Source: an uncultured delta proteobacterium
Lineage (GTDB): Bacteria > Desulfobacterota > Desulfobacteria > Desulfobacterales > Desulfosalsimonadaceae
Length of the DNA stretch: 64,000 nt
Direction: 5' to 3'
Assembly (NCBI GenBank): GCA_963826785.1
Contig: CAWGYD010000003.1
Span: 192,001-256,000, forward strand
The position numbers and the translations under genes were made by a program. The notes beneath the pieces were generated by a model that ran no database searches, was not told the origin of the DNA, and was given only the letters and a program-made list of their open reading frames with translations. Positions 42,103-50,999 of the stretch are shown in pieces; position 1 is the first letter of the stretch; each line of letters starts with the position of its first letter.

Positions 42103-42977
42103 GATACGAGGGACAGATCTACCGGCCCTTCAGCGAGGCCGACAGCTACCTGCTCCAGTGCACCATCGGGTGCTCCCACAACCAGTGCACCTTCTGCGGC
42201 ATGTACAAGGACCGGAAATACCGGGTCCGCAGCCTGGAAGAGATCAGGATCGACATCGCCATGGCAAAAGAGCAGCTTTGCGATGCCCGGAAGGTGTTTC
42301 TGTGCGACGGCGATGCAGTGGCCATGGACACCCCGGTCCTGATCGAAATCCTGAAATCACTGTACGGAGCATTTCCCTCCCTGCGGCACGTGGGCACCTA
42401 TGTGGGGCCCCAGAGCACACTTTCAAAAAGCCTGTCCGAGCTTTCGGCTTTGCGGGCTGCGGGCCTGACCAAGGTCTACCTGGGAGTGGAGACCGGAGAC
42501 GACCGGCTGCTGGCCGAAATCAAAAAAGGGGTGAATGCGCAGCAGATGCTAAAGGCCGGTCAGAACCTGGTCAATGCCGGATTCAATCTCTCCTCCATGG
42601 TCATGCTGGGCATCGCCGGCACGGGGGAGCGCTCCCGGGAGCACGCCCTGGCCACCGCAGAGATCACCAACGCCATGAGGCCAAGCTACATTGCCGCCCT
42701 GACCTACACCCCCGTTCCCCACACCCCTCTCTACTCAAAAGTCGCCCAGGGCCGTTTTATCCTGCCGGACCCCTTTGAAACGCTTGCCGAGATGAAGGTG
42801 ATGATCGAAAACATCACCATAGCGCCCATCAAATTCATCGGCGCCCATGCCTCCAATTACCTGCCGGTTTCCGGAACCCTGCAGAAAGACCGCGCCGGCA
42901 TGCTTTGCGCTATCCAGTCCGTTCTCGATTCACGCGATATGTCCGCCCTCAGGCCCGAGCACCGGAGGGGGCTGTAA
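42099..42977 (+). CDS. Radical SAM protein
   Basis: CSHNQCTFC (CxxxCxxC). Overlaps the NuoF-like stop codon (ATGA). Confidence 0.85.
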   Translation: MRYEGQIYRPFSEADSYLLQCTIGCSHNQCTFCGMYKDRKYRVRSLEEIRIDIAMAKEQLCDARKVFLCDGDAVAMDTPVLIEILKSLYGAFPSLRHVGTYVGPQSTLSKSLSELSALRAAGLTKVYLGVETGDDRLLAEIKKGVNAQQMLKAGQNLVNAGFNLSSMVMLGIAGTGERSREHALATAEITNAMRPSYIAALTYTPVPHTPLYSKVAQGRFILPDPFETLAEMKVMIENITIAPIKFIGAHASNYLPVSGTLQKDRAGMLCAIQSVLDSRDMSALRPEHRRGL

Positions 42978-43086
42978 CCCCCCATTTTGCCAATCGGAGA
43001 AGATGACGTTATTTTTATTGTACAGCGGAGTCCATCCGCAGGTATAATCTATATTTGCGCGATCAATTGGGGGGGGAGAATACGAT

Positions 43087-43893
43087 ATGTCATTTAAAGA
43101 AAATCTCAAACGCAAGATCAAAATCGACCGGCTGGCGCACCAGGTGATCAATCCGTTGATGCCGACTGGAGATTACGGCCGGAAAATCGATAAGGGGGCC
43201 ATGCGCGCCCTGCTGGAAGCGGCCGGATATAAAGTACGGGTCGAACGGGATGTGGAAATCCACGCCCATGATTTTACTTCGACCGGATCGGACAAAGTGG
43301 TGCTGGACAATGAACTCAAGGATTATCAGACCACGGTGGACGATCTGGTGCTGCGCAAAAACCCGGTGGTTAAAGAAATGATCAGCATCAAAAATGCCAT
43401 CAAGATCTTAAACGACAAGGATGTGGTGGTGGCCAGCGGGCTCGATACGGTGAAGAAAATCCAGCAGGAATGCATCGATCAACTGGATCTGACCTACACG
43501 GAGGCCGATATCACGGCCCTGGCCGAAGACGGCCGGCGCGCCTTGAAATCGCAGGATGTGACCCAGGTGGAAGAAATCCTGGATCTTTTTGGTGAAATTC
43601 TGGATTTAAAACCGCCGCCTAAAAAGGCACGTAAAACCGCTTATAAGATCCTGGGCGGACAGGCAAACGATGCCGACGGCCGGGAAATATATGGACCGGT
43701 GGTCATCTATAATCGGCTCGACAACAAACTGGTCCTGGTGGATTCGGATTTTCAAATGACTGAGCTGCAAGAACCGGCAACGTCCCGGGACCTGGTTTCC
43801 GGCAAAATTTTACCGGACATGGAAGGCGAGGGTATTTTCGATTTTCTGAGAAAAAAGGTGCTGACGCTTCCCGGAAAACAGGTGGCCGCTTAG
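43087..43893 (+). CDS. Hypothetical protein
   Basis: 268-aa ORF with an RBS (GGGAG) and host-like codon usage. No motif recognised. Confidence 0.65.
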   Translation: MSFKENLKRKIKIDRLAHQVINPLMPTGDYGRKIDKGAMRALLEAAGYKVRVERDVEIHAHDFTSTGSDKVVLDNELKDYQTTVDDLVLRKNPVVKEMISIKNAIKILNDKDVVVASGLDTVKKIQQECIDQLDLTYTEADITALAEDGRRALKSQDVTQVEEILDLFGEILDLKPPPKKARKTAYKILGGQANDADGREIYGPVVIYNRLDNKLVLVDSDFQMTELQEPATSRDLVSGKILPDMEGEGIFDFLRKKVLTLPGKQVAA

Positions 43894-43910
43894 AAGCGCT
43901 CCAAAACCCT

Positions 43911-45410
43911 TCAGCAGGAGGCGGGCAGATAAAAACGGACCGCCGTCCCCTCACCCGGGGATGAAGCGATGCTGATATCGCCCCGGTGCTGCTTGATAAC
44001 CGCATACGCCCGGCTGAGACCGAATCCCCGTCCTTTTTCGGTGAGCCGCTGTTTGGTGGAAAAATAGGGATCAAACACCTTGTCCAGATCCCCGGCGCTG
44101 ATCCCGCACCCCTGATCGGAGATGCTGACTTTGATATACCGGCCGGCCGGCAGCGCGGTTTCCTCGGCCAGCCGGATTTCGGTTTCCGCCTCGATTTGAA
44201 TGGTTCCCCCTTCCGGCATGGATTCTTCGGCATTGTCCAGCAGCGATTCGATCACCTGCAGGATCTGGTCGCGCACGAACCATGCGGGGGGAAGATCCGG
44301 TGAAGGCTGGGCCAAATAGGTGTAGCGGCTGTCCCGGTCCATGCGCGCAGCCGTTGCCTCCTCGATCAATTGGGTCATGGATTCTGATTTACGGGTAAAC
44401 ATGGAATCGGACTTGAGTTCGAGGAACCGGTGGATCAATTTCTTGGCTTCCATGCAGGAATGGTGCGCCCGGGAAAGCTGCTGGAGCTGGGATTCCGCTG
44501 CGCTGTGTATCGCCAGTTCCACGCTTCCCATGATGGAAAACAAAAGATTATTGAAATCATGGGCAATCCCACCGGCAAGGGTGGCGACCGCCTCCATTTT
44601 CTGAGCCTGGCGGAGCCTGGCTTCCAGCTTTGCCCGCTCCTTTTCCGTGTGCTTCAACTCCGTCACATCCTGGATGACCCCCTGGTAGCCGATGACGCCG
44701 CCGGATTCATCAAAAACCGGCACCACGGTGATCCGGGTGTGAATGATCGTGCCGTCCTTTTTTTTCATGTCCACCGGATGCTGATCGACAAAGCCGGCAC
44801 TTTTGATCATGGCGGTCAATTCAGCCCTGGCCGAAGCGTCCCTGTACAGATGCTGCACCGGTATGCGCGCCAGTTCCTCCCGTGAATCGTATCCGAACAT
44901 CTCCACCGCAGTGTCATTAAATTCCAGCGTGCGGCCGTCAAGCGAGGTCATGTAGACGCAATCCCGGGATGTCTTGAAAAAATTGCGGTATTTTTCCTCG
45001 CTCTGGCGGAGGGTTTCCTGAATTTCAAGCAATTCCGTGATGTCGATGGCAAAGCCGAGAAATCCGATGACTTCGCCGGTCTGATCCCCCAGGGGCATTT
45101 TCCACATCCGGGCTTTTCGGCTTCCCGTCTTGCCCTGGTAGGTGACCCGAAAGTAACTTTCGGGACCCGCAGGGGCATCCGGAAAATCCGAAGCCTTCGG
45201 GAAAATCGCATCGGCTGGTTTTTCATCAAAATAGGCACGGGACAAGCCGAATGCGCGGGCAAGGGACTGGTTGACGAAAAAGATCCGGCCCTGAAGATCT
45301 TCGCAGTAGATCAGTGCGGGAATCGCATCCAGCACATCCTCCAGGGACACCTTGAGCCGCAAGGCCCTTCGGACCGGGTTATCGGGACTGTTGGAGACAA
45401 TTTCGGTCAT
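43911..45410 (-). CDS. Cytoplasmic PAS-PAS sensor histidine kinase
   Basis: Two PAS/PAC regions, LAGGIAHDFNNLL H-box, DQGCGI, FDPYFSTK and G.GLS. Confidence 0.9.
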   Translation of the reverse strand: MTEIVSNSPDNPVRRALRLKVSLEDVLDAIPALIYCEDLQGRIFFVNQSLARAFGLSRAYFDEKPADAIFPKASDFPDAPAGPESYFRVTYQGKTGSRKARMWKMPLGDQTGEVIGFLGFAIDITELLEIQETLRQSEEKYRNFFKTSRDCVYMTSLDGRTLEFNDTAVEMFGYDSREELARIPVQHLYRDASARAELTAMIKSAGFVDQHPVDMKKKDGTIIHTRITVVPVFDESGGVIGYQGVIQDVTELKHTEKERAKLEARLRQAQKMEAVATLAGGIAHDFNNLLFSIMGSVELAIHSAAESQLQQLSRAHHSCMEAKKLIHRFLELKSDSMFTRKSESMTQLIEEATAARMDRDSRYTYLAQPSPDLPPAWFVRDQILQVIESLLDNAEESMPEGGTIQIEAETEIRLAEETALPAGRYIKVSISDQGCGISAGDLDKVFDPYFSTKQRLTEKGRGFGLSRAYAVIKQHRGDISIASSPGEGTAVRFYLPASC

Positions 45411-45588
45411 TTGGCCATCTCCGCCATAATTGAATGCGAAATGATGCCAGAGTCCGGCAGCACCCGCAGAACATGCAGAAAAGCAGAATATGATTGACTA
45501 TAACCGCTGAAATTCTCATTATATTATCAATTCAATAATAGGACTTCAACACTTATAACGCTTTATGCAGGATGCCCTGAAAGGAAAA

Positions 45589-46452
45589 ATGATGCACAGC
45601 CAGCCCCCCCGTATTCGCCGGAACCCGCGGCGCCTCCTGATCGTCATCGCCCCATTGGCCTTTTTCCTGGCGGTGGCCGGATGCCAGACGTTGAGCCATA
45701 TGATCCAGAAACCCGATGTCCGGTTCAACCGGATGGAAATGTCTTCGATGTCCCTGCTGGAAGGCACGCTGCTGTTTTATTTCGACGTTCAAAACCCGAA
45801 TCCGCTGGGGGCCAACCTCGACCAGGCCTCGTATAAACTAACGGTTGACCGGCAGCTGATGGCCGAAGGCATCATGGACCAGGGGGTGCGCATCGGCGCA
45901 GGGGCCACGGAAACGGTGAAGGTGCCGGTCACCATCCACTATCTGGATGTGTTCAAGTCTCTTTCGGATCTGGCCCAGAAACAGGAAATACCGTACGACA
46001 TCAGCGGAATGTTTTCCGTCCTGGGCTTTAGTCTGCCCTATAACGTGACCGGTCAGCTGCCCGTTCCCAAGGTGCCGTCGATTTCATTGCAGGGGGTGAA
46101 ATTTTCAAAACTGTCCATGACGGGGGCCACCGCCGACTTCAAGGTGATGATCGAAAACCCCAACCCCTTCGGATTGCCCATAGACGGCCTGGAGTACGGC
46201 ATCGATTTGAACGGAATCCGCCTGGCATCGGGCAAAACCAGTCAGAGCGCGGTGATTTCCCAGAACGGCCGGACCACCATCAAGATCCCTGCCCAGATCA
46301 ACTTTGCGGACATGGGAAAGGGCGTCTATCAGCTGCTCTCCGGAAAATCCGCCGATTACAGGATGGAGGGGAACATGATCTTTGATGCGGCCGGAGGGGG
46401 AAAGCAGACGTATCCATTCACCCGGCAGGGGGAAGTATCACTGGGCAAATAG
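45589..46452 (+). CDS. LEA type-2 (WHy) domain lipoprotein with two repeats
   Basis: Lipobox VAGC and two NPN motifs (VQNPNP, IENPNP). Confidence 0.8.
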   Translation: MMHSQPPRIRRNPRRLLIVIAPLAFFLAVAGCQTLSHMIQKPDVRFNRMEMSSMSLLEGTLLFYFDVQNPNPLGANLDQASYKLTVDRQLMAEGIMDQGVRIGAGATETVKVPVTIHYLDVFKSLSDLAQKQEIPYDISGMFSVLGFSLPYNVTGQLPVPKVPSISLQGVKFSKLSMTGATADFKVMIENPNPFGLPIDGLEYGIDLNGIRLASGKTSQSAVISQNGRTTIKIPAQINFADMGKGVYQLLSGKSADYRMEGNMIFDAAGGGKQTYPFTRQGEVSLGK

Positions 46453-46462
46453 GCGCCGAAAC

Positions 46463-46504
46463 AAAAAAAAAGGGTGTTTCCGCTTTCGAAGAAACACCCT
46501 TTTT
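46463..46504. terminator. Bidirectional terminator
   Basis: A-run, AGGGTGTTTC...GAAACACCCT, T-run. Confidence 0.85.
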
Positions 46505-46523
46505 GCGTTTTGAAAAAAACGAA

Positions 46524-46724
46524 CTAGATAACGGTAACGTTTTTCGCTGACGGGCCTTTGTTTCCCTGCTCAACGGTAAAGGTTACGCGGTCGCCTTCGT
46601 GAAGGGTTTTAAAACCCGAGGCATTGATGCCGGTATGATGGACAAACACATCGGTTCCATCTTCCTGCTCAATAAAACCGTAACCTTTTTTCTCGTTAAA
46701 CCACTTTACAGTTCCATTCGCCAT
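46524..46724 (-). CDS. Cold-shock protein
   Basis: GTVKWFN..KGYGFI and VFVH (RNP1/RNP2). RBS GGAGG. Confidence 0.96.
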   Translation of the reverse strand: MANGTVKWFNEKKGYGFIEQEDGTDVFVHHTGINASGFKTLHEGDRVTFTVEQGNKGPSAKNVTVI

Positions 46725-46944
46725 AGTGACACATCCTCCTTTCAAAAAAAAATTCTCTTGGTCCCAAATCTTCAGGTGCCACCAAAATGGAACTACCTTT
46801 GGAAAGAAACCGGCCCGCCATATGGTCGGAACCCTTTAAAGATTGAAAAAACAATAGCCGTTTCTTTATTAAAGTCAAGCTTTTATTTTCAAATTTCCAT
46901 CATTATTTTAAAAATTATAAGATGTTATCATCTCATAATTTTTT

Positions 46945-47445
46945 TTAGGCCTCATTTACCTCACTGGCCTTGTTGATCACCACGGGCGTTAGCGGTACGT
47001 CACTGTGCATCCCTTTCCGGCCGGTGGGAACCGCCTTTATTTTGTTGACTACCGGATGGCCTTTCACGACTTTTCCGAAAACCGTATATCCCCAGCCTTC
47101 CGGCGTTTTGGCCTTGTGATCCAGAAAATCGTTGTTTTTCACGTTGATGAAGAACTGGGCGGTGGCGCTGTGGGGGTCCGAAGTCCGGGCCATGGCCACC
47201 GTGTAGGCGGCATTCTTTAGCCCGTTGTCGGCTTCGTTTTCAATGGGCGGTCCTACCGGTTTATCCTTCATATCCGGGGTCATGCCCCCGCCCTGGATCA
47301 TGAACCCGTCGATCACCCGGTGGAAAATAGTACCGTCATAATGCCCGTCTTTGACATACTTCAAAAAGTTGGCCGCCGATTTGGGCGCCTCTTTTTCAAA
47401 CAGTTCAAGCACGATGTCTCCCATGCTGGTTTCGAGTTTGACCAT
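46945..47445 (-). CDS. ppiB: Cyclophilin-type peptidyl-prolyl isomerase
   Basis: [19 protein letters not shown] and QFFIN motifs. Confidence 0.92.
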   Translation of the reverse strand: MVKLETSMGDIVLELFEKEAPKSAANFLKYVKDGHYDGTIFHRVIDGFMIQGGGMTPDMKDKPVGPPIENEADNGLKNAAYTVAMARTSDPHSATAQFFINVKNNDFLDHKAKTPEGWGYTVFGKVVKGHPVVNKIKAVPTGRKGMHSDVPLTPVVINKASEVNEA

Positions 47446-47567
47446 TTGTCTTCCTCCTTATTTAGGTGAATGGCATTTTTCGTTTCAGATCGGGCTGTAA
47501 TATCAGGTGGCGCTATTTATTGTCAACCCGGCAATTTGATGAAGTTGAGCAATCCCCTTTCCTGAGT

Positions 47568-49115
47568 TTAGCCCCTGTGGGCAGGCATGACAAAGAACGG
47601 GGCGTGATTGGAGGTAAAAAACGGCGGATCGCGCTGCACAATGTTTCGGATGGGCAGCGGCCGCTTGAATTTTTCGGATAAAAACTTCCGGACCCGGTCC
47701 CGGTTCCACCCGGACGGGTGGTCAAATTCCCGGTAGAGGGACAGGTCGCCGGGATAGAATGGATGTGTGGCCAGCGTTTCCGCGCTATCGCTGTTTGCCG
47801 GCAGGTTGAAGATGGCCAGGTTCAAAAAATCGATCGCGTGGGCATGGGCCAGGGCGAAATCAAGCGTCTTGCCGGCAGCGGCCTCGTTTTCCGCCGGTGT
47901 GCCGAACAGCAGGTAAACATACGTGGCGATGCCCGCCCGATGCAGATTTTTCAGGGCCGCGGATGCCACGGCAAGATCCATCCCCTTGTCAAGCGCATCC
48001 AGAACCCCCTGATCCCCGGATTCCACCCCCAGCTTCAGCATCACGCACCCGGAAAGCTTAAGGCCGTTTACAAAATCGGGATCCGCCAGGTGCCGTGTGA
48101 TCCGGACAAATCCGTACCAGGGGCGGCCCGGCGGGTGGGCGATGAGCCGGCGCAATGTCCTGGGGGACAAGGCATTGTCGGTGAAATGGATCAGCACCGG
48201 CTGCATTTGAGAAACCAGGCGGCGGATATCGGCAAGTGCGGCGTCCATGTCATCGGGTTCATACCCGCTGTTTTCGGACCGCTCGGGACAGAAGGCGCAT
48301 TTTTTCCAGTAGCATCCCCGGGAAACCGCATAGGGCAGGATCGGCCCGGGCGAGAGGTAATCCATCGCCGCCGTATCGCTGAAGTCGTATCCGACACCCG
48401 TCTCCGGGACGCGCTTTTTCGCGCACAGGGATATCAGCGCATCCTCGCCGGGGCCGCAGACCAGCTGATCCACCAGCCCGGAAAACGGATTGGCGAACCC
48501 GGGGGTGTTCATCCAGGAGGTCACCAGGCCGCCGCCCATCACGATCCGTATTTCCGGATAGATCTTTCGCACATAACCGGCCATGGCAAAGGCGCACAGG
48601 GCCTGGCTCATAAAATTAAGAGAAAATCCGATGACATCCGGGCTGTCGAGTTCGACCAGCGATGGCAGCCGATCTTTAAAAAAGGGGAAAAACGGGTTTT
48701 TAAAATGCAGATCCGCTGAAGCCAGCAGGTCTGCGCTCTTGACCGGCGAAAGCGCGCCGGACTGGTAATCGGACAGGGAAATGCGGGCGTTTTCTTTGAC
48801 TCCGGCCGCATGCAGCACCCGGTTGATGTCGTTTACCGCCCGCCGGTACCGGTCCGGGCTGGCATAAAGCGCGTTTGAGCGCACGGCGGCCAGATGGTCG
48901 GATACATGCGCTGCCGCCCGCCGGGTCCAGGTGTCATCGCCAATGACCGGCTGTTTTAAAAGATAGAGCAGCCCTTCCAGGTTGGCATCCCACACCCGGC
49001 AGGGGATGTGATGCTGACGAAGGGCATAGGCCAGTCGGGCCGCCCCCGGGGGCGGTTCGCAGGGTTTTGAGACCGGGGGATGGACCAGGAGAATGGATCG
49101 GCGGGTTGCATCCAT
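47568..49115 (-). CDS. B12-binding radical SAM protein
   Basis: LLVHPP, GGG cobalamin-domain features, RGCYWKKCAFC and GVESG. Confidence 0.85.
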   Translation of the reverse strand: MDATRRSILLVHPPVSKPCEPPPGAARLAYALRQHHIPCRVWDANLEGLLYLLKQPVIGDDTWTRRAAAHVSDHLAAVRSNALYASPDRYRRAVNDINRVLHAAGVKENARISLSDYQSGALSPVKSADLLASADLHFKNPFFPFFKDRLPSLVELDSPDVIGFSLNFMSQALCAFAMAGYVRKIYPEIRIVMGGGLVTSWMNTPGFANPFSGLVDQLVCGPGEDALISLCAKKRVPETGVGYDFSDTAAMDYLSPGPILPYAVSRGCYWKKCAFCPERSENSGYEPDDMDAALADIRRLVSQMQPVLIHFTDNALSPRTLRRLIAHPPGRPWYGFVRITRHLADPDFVNGLKLSGCVMLKLGVESGDQGVLDALDKGMDLAVASAALKNLHRAGIATYVYLLFGTPAENEAAAGKTLDFALAHAHAIDFLNLAIFNLPANSDSAETLATHPFYPGDLSLYREFDHPSGWNRDRVRKFLSEKFKRPLPIRNIVQRDPPFFTSNHAPFFVMPAHRG

Positions 49116-49116
49116 A

Positions 49117-49581
49117 TCAGCGCTGCCGGGCGGCACCGGAAGCAAAGCGGGACGCATCGGCGTCATCGGTGACGGCAGCTGTTTTTTCCCAGGCGGCGAA
49201 CCGCTCGACATCGGCTTTTATGGATTTTACCGTCCAGGCGATCAGGGCCGCATCATCGGCAAGTCCCACCCCCAGGATAAAATCGGGAATGACATCGAGG
49301 GGCATCATAAAATAGATAACCGCGCCGGCAATCGCCACCAGGGTTTTCACCGGCACCTGCCGGTACTCGCCCCGGCCATAGGCGGCCAGCATCCGGAAGC
49401 AGGTCATCAGGCCATCCCACACTTCCCGGAGGGGCCCGCTCTTTTTCGATTCGGCCTTTTCCCGGGCCTCGTCCACCAGATCTCGGAGCCGTTCGGGATG
49501 GCCCACCATTTCTTCCGCCTGCTGCCGGGCTTCTTTGAAAAACCGGCTGTTGTATATGAATTTGAGTGTTGGTTTCAGCAT
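49117..49581 (-). CDS. YkvA/DUF1232 family protein
   Basis: YFMMPLDVIPDFI.GVG.ADD motif. Confidence 0.85.
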   Translation of the reverse strand: MLKPTLKFIYNSRFFKEARQQAEEMVGHPERLRDLVDEAREKAESKKSGPLREVWDGLMTCFRMLAAYGRGEYRQVPVKTLVAIAGAVIYFMMPLDVIPDFILGVGLADDAALIAWTVKSIKADVERFAAWEKTAAVTDDADASRFASGAARQR

Positions 49582-49731
49582 GATTGATTTTTACGTTTTA
49601 TCAGACCCGGTCGGGGTAAAGGTTTGCGTGGTTTGCTTTTCTAAGGTATCCAAAGGATTTAGGATCTCTTTTGAGCCCTTATTTGGCAGTGAATGATGCC
49701 AAACCAGAGAATAATGTGCAACCGGATTTTG

Positions 49732-50925
49732 TCAATCCACTCTTCCGGTGAGCAAAGACAGCTGCAGGCCGCCATGAAACAACGGGTGGACACCGGCCCT
49801 GAGGCCGCAGCCGTCCATGATTTTCCGGTCTGGAACGATCAGGGCGAATTTAAACCCTGAAAAATCGGACTTCAGCTTGCGGCAGATGGCAATAAAAAAT
49901 TTTTTACCCTCTTCTGCGGCCAGCCGTTTCCCATAGGGGGGATTGATCACCACCAGCCGGTCGGCTGCAGCAGATGCCGCCGGAAAGTCGTCGGCCGACA
50001 GTTCAAAAAAATCCCGGGCCGCCACCGACAGGGTCTGCGACAGATCCTTTTTTCCGACGGTCTGTTCCAGCAGTTCGACGCTTTGCCTGTCGATATCCGA
50101 GGCAAAGATCAACGGCCGTAAAGGCGGGGAAATCATTTTTCCCGCTTCGGCCCGGATATGTCCCCACCGGGCCGGCCGGAAGCAGGGCCAGTCCATGAAG
50201 GCAAATTCCCGGTACCAGCCGGCCGGAATATGGCTGGCCATCATGGCCCCTTCCAGGGAAAAGGTGCCGCTGCCGCACATGGGATCCACCAGCACGTCAC
50301 CGGCCCGGAAACCGGCGGTCATCAGGATGGCCGCGGCGATGGTCTCCCGGATGGGGGCCGCCCCGCCATGGGCCTTCAGTCCCCGCCGGTGCAAAAGATC
50401 CCCGCTGCTGTCCAGTGACACGATAAAATGATCCTTGAGACACCGGACAAATATCTGCTGGCAATATCGCTTTTCGCCCGGGTTCTTAGGGGCATCCGGC
50501 TGCAGCCGCTGCGCCACTGCCTCCCGGAAATGTCCGGCAATGGCTTCCGTGTGGATGAGCCGGGACTGGCGGCTGGTCGCGTGGAATTGGACATTTGCGC
50601 CACTGCCCAGATACAGCTCCCAGGGAAACCGGCGCGCTTTTTTCTCCAGCTGCCGGAAGTTTTGCGCTTCAAAGGCGTCCAGGCGCATCAATACCCGGTT
50701 TGCGGTTCTCAGCATCAGATTGGCCGCATATCCGTCATGCACCCGCCCCGCAAAGGCGACCCCGCCTTTTTCAACCACCCCTTCCAGGGCGATATCTCCA
50801 AGTGCGGACAGTTCATCTGCGCACAGATGCTCCAGCCCGGGCAGGGCCGATACGTAAAAAGACCGCTGCCGGCCCAGCACGTGCCGCTTGACCCGTTTTT
50901 CCAGATTGATTGTGTTTTCCATCAT
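49732..50925 (-). CDS. THUMP-domain RNA methyltransferase (RlmL/YpsC-like)
   Basis: LHRRG, APIRET.AAA, DPMCGSGT and NPPYG motifs. Confidence 0.9.
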   Translation of the reverse strand: MMENTINLEKRVKRHVLGRQRSFYVSALPGLEHLCADELSALGDIALEGVVEKGGVAFAGRVHDGYAANLMLRTANRVLMRLDAFEAQNFRQLEKKARRFPWELYLGSGANVQFHATSRQSRLIHTEAIAGHFREAVAQRLQPDAPKNPGEKRYCQQIFVRCLKDHFIVSLDSSGDLLHRRGLKAHGGAAPIRETIAAAILMTAGFRAGDVLVDPMCGSGTFSLEGAMMASHIPAGWYREFAFMDWPCFRPARWGHIRAEAGKMISPPLRPLIFASDIDRQSVELLEQTVGKKDLSQTLSVAARDFFELSADDFPAASAAADRLVVINPPYGKRLAAEEGKKFFIAICRKLKSDFSGFKFALIVPDRKIMDGCGLRAGVHPLFHGGLQLSLLTGRVD

Positions 50926-50999
50926 TGACAAGACCTTGCCGGCGCCTGTAAGAACCCCTATGATTTTTTAATCCCATATCCGAATGGAAAGCGCAACTC

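Noticed and set aside
49621..49643. Minus strand AGAAAAGCAAACC-ACGCAAACC resembles the start of the GEMM aptamers
   Set aside because: The P2 tetraloop stem, P3 and receptor are missing. Chance match or at most a relic.
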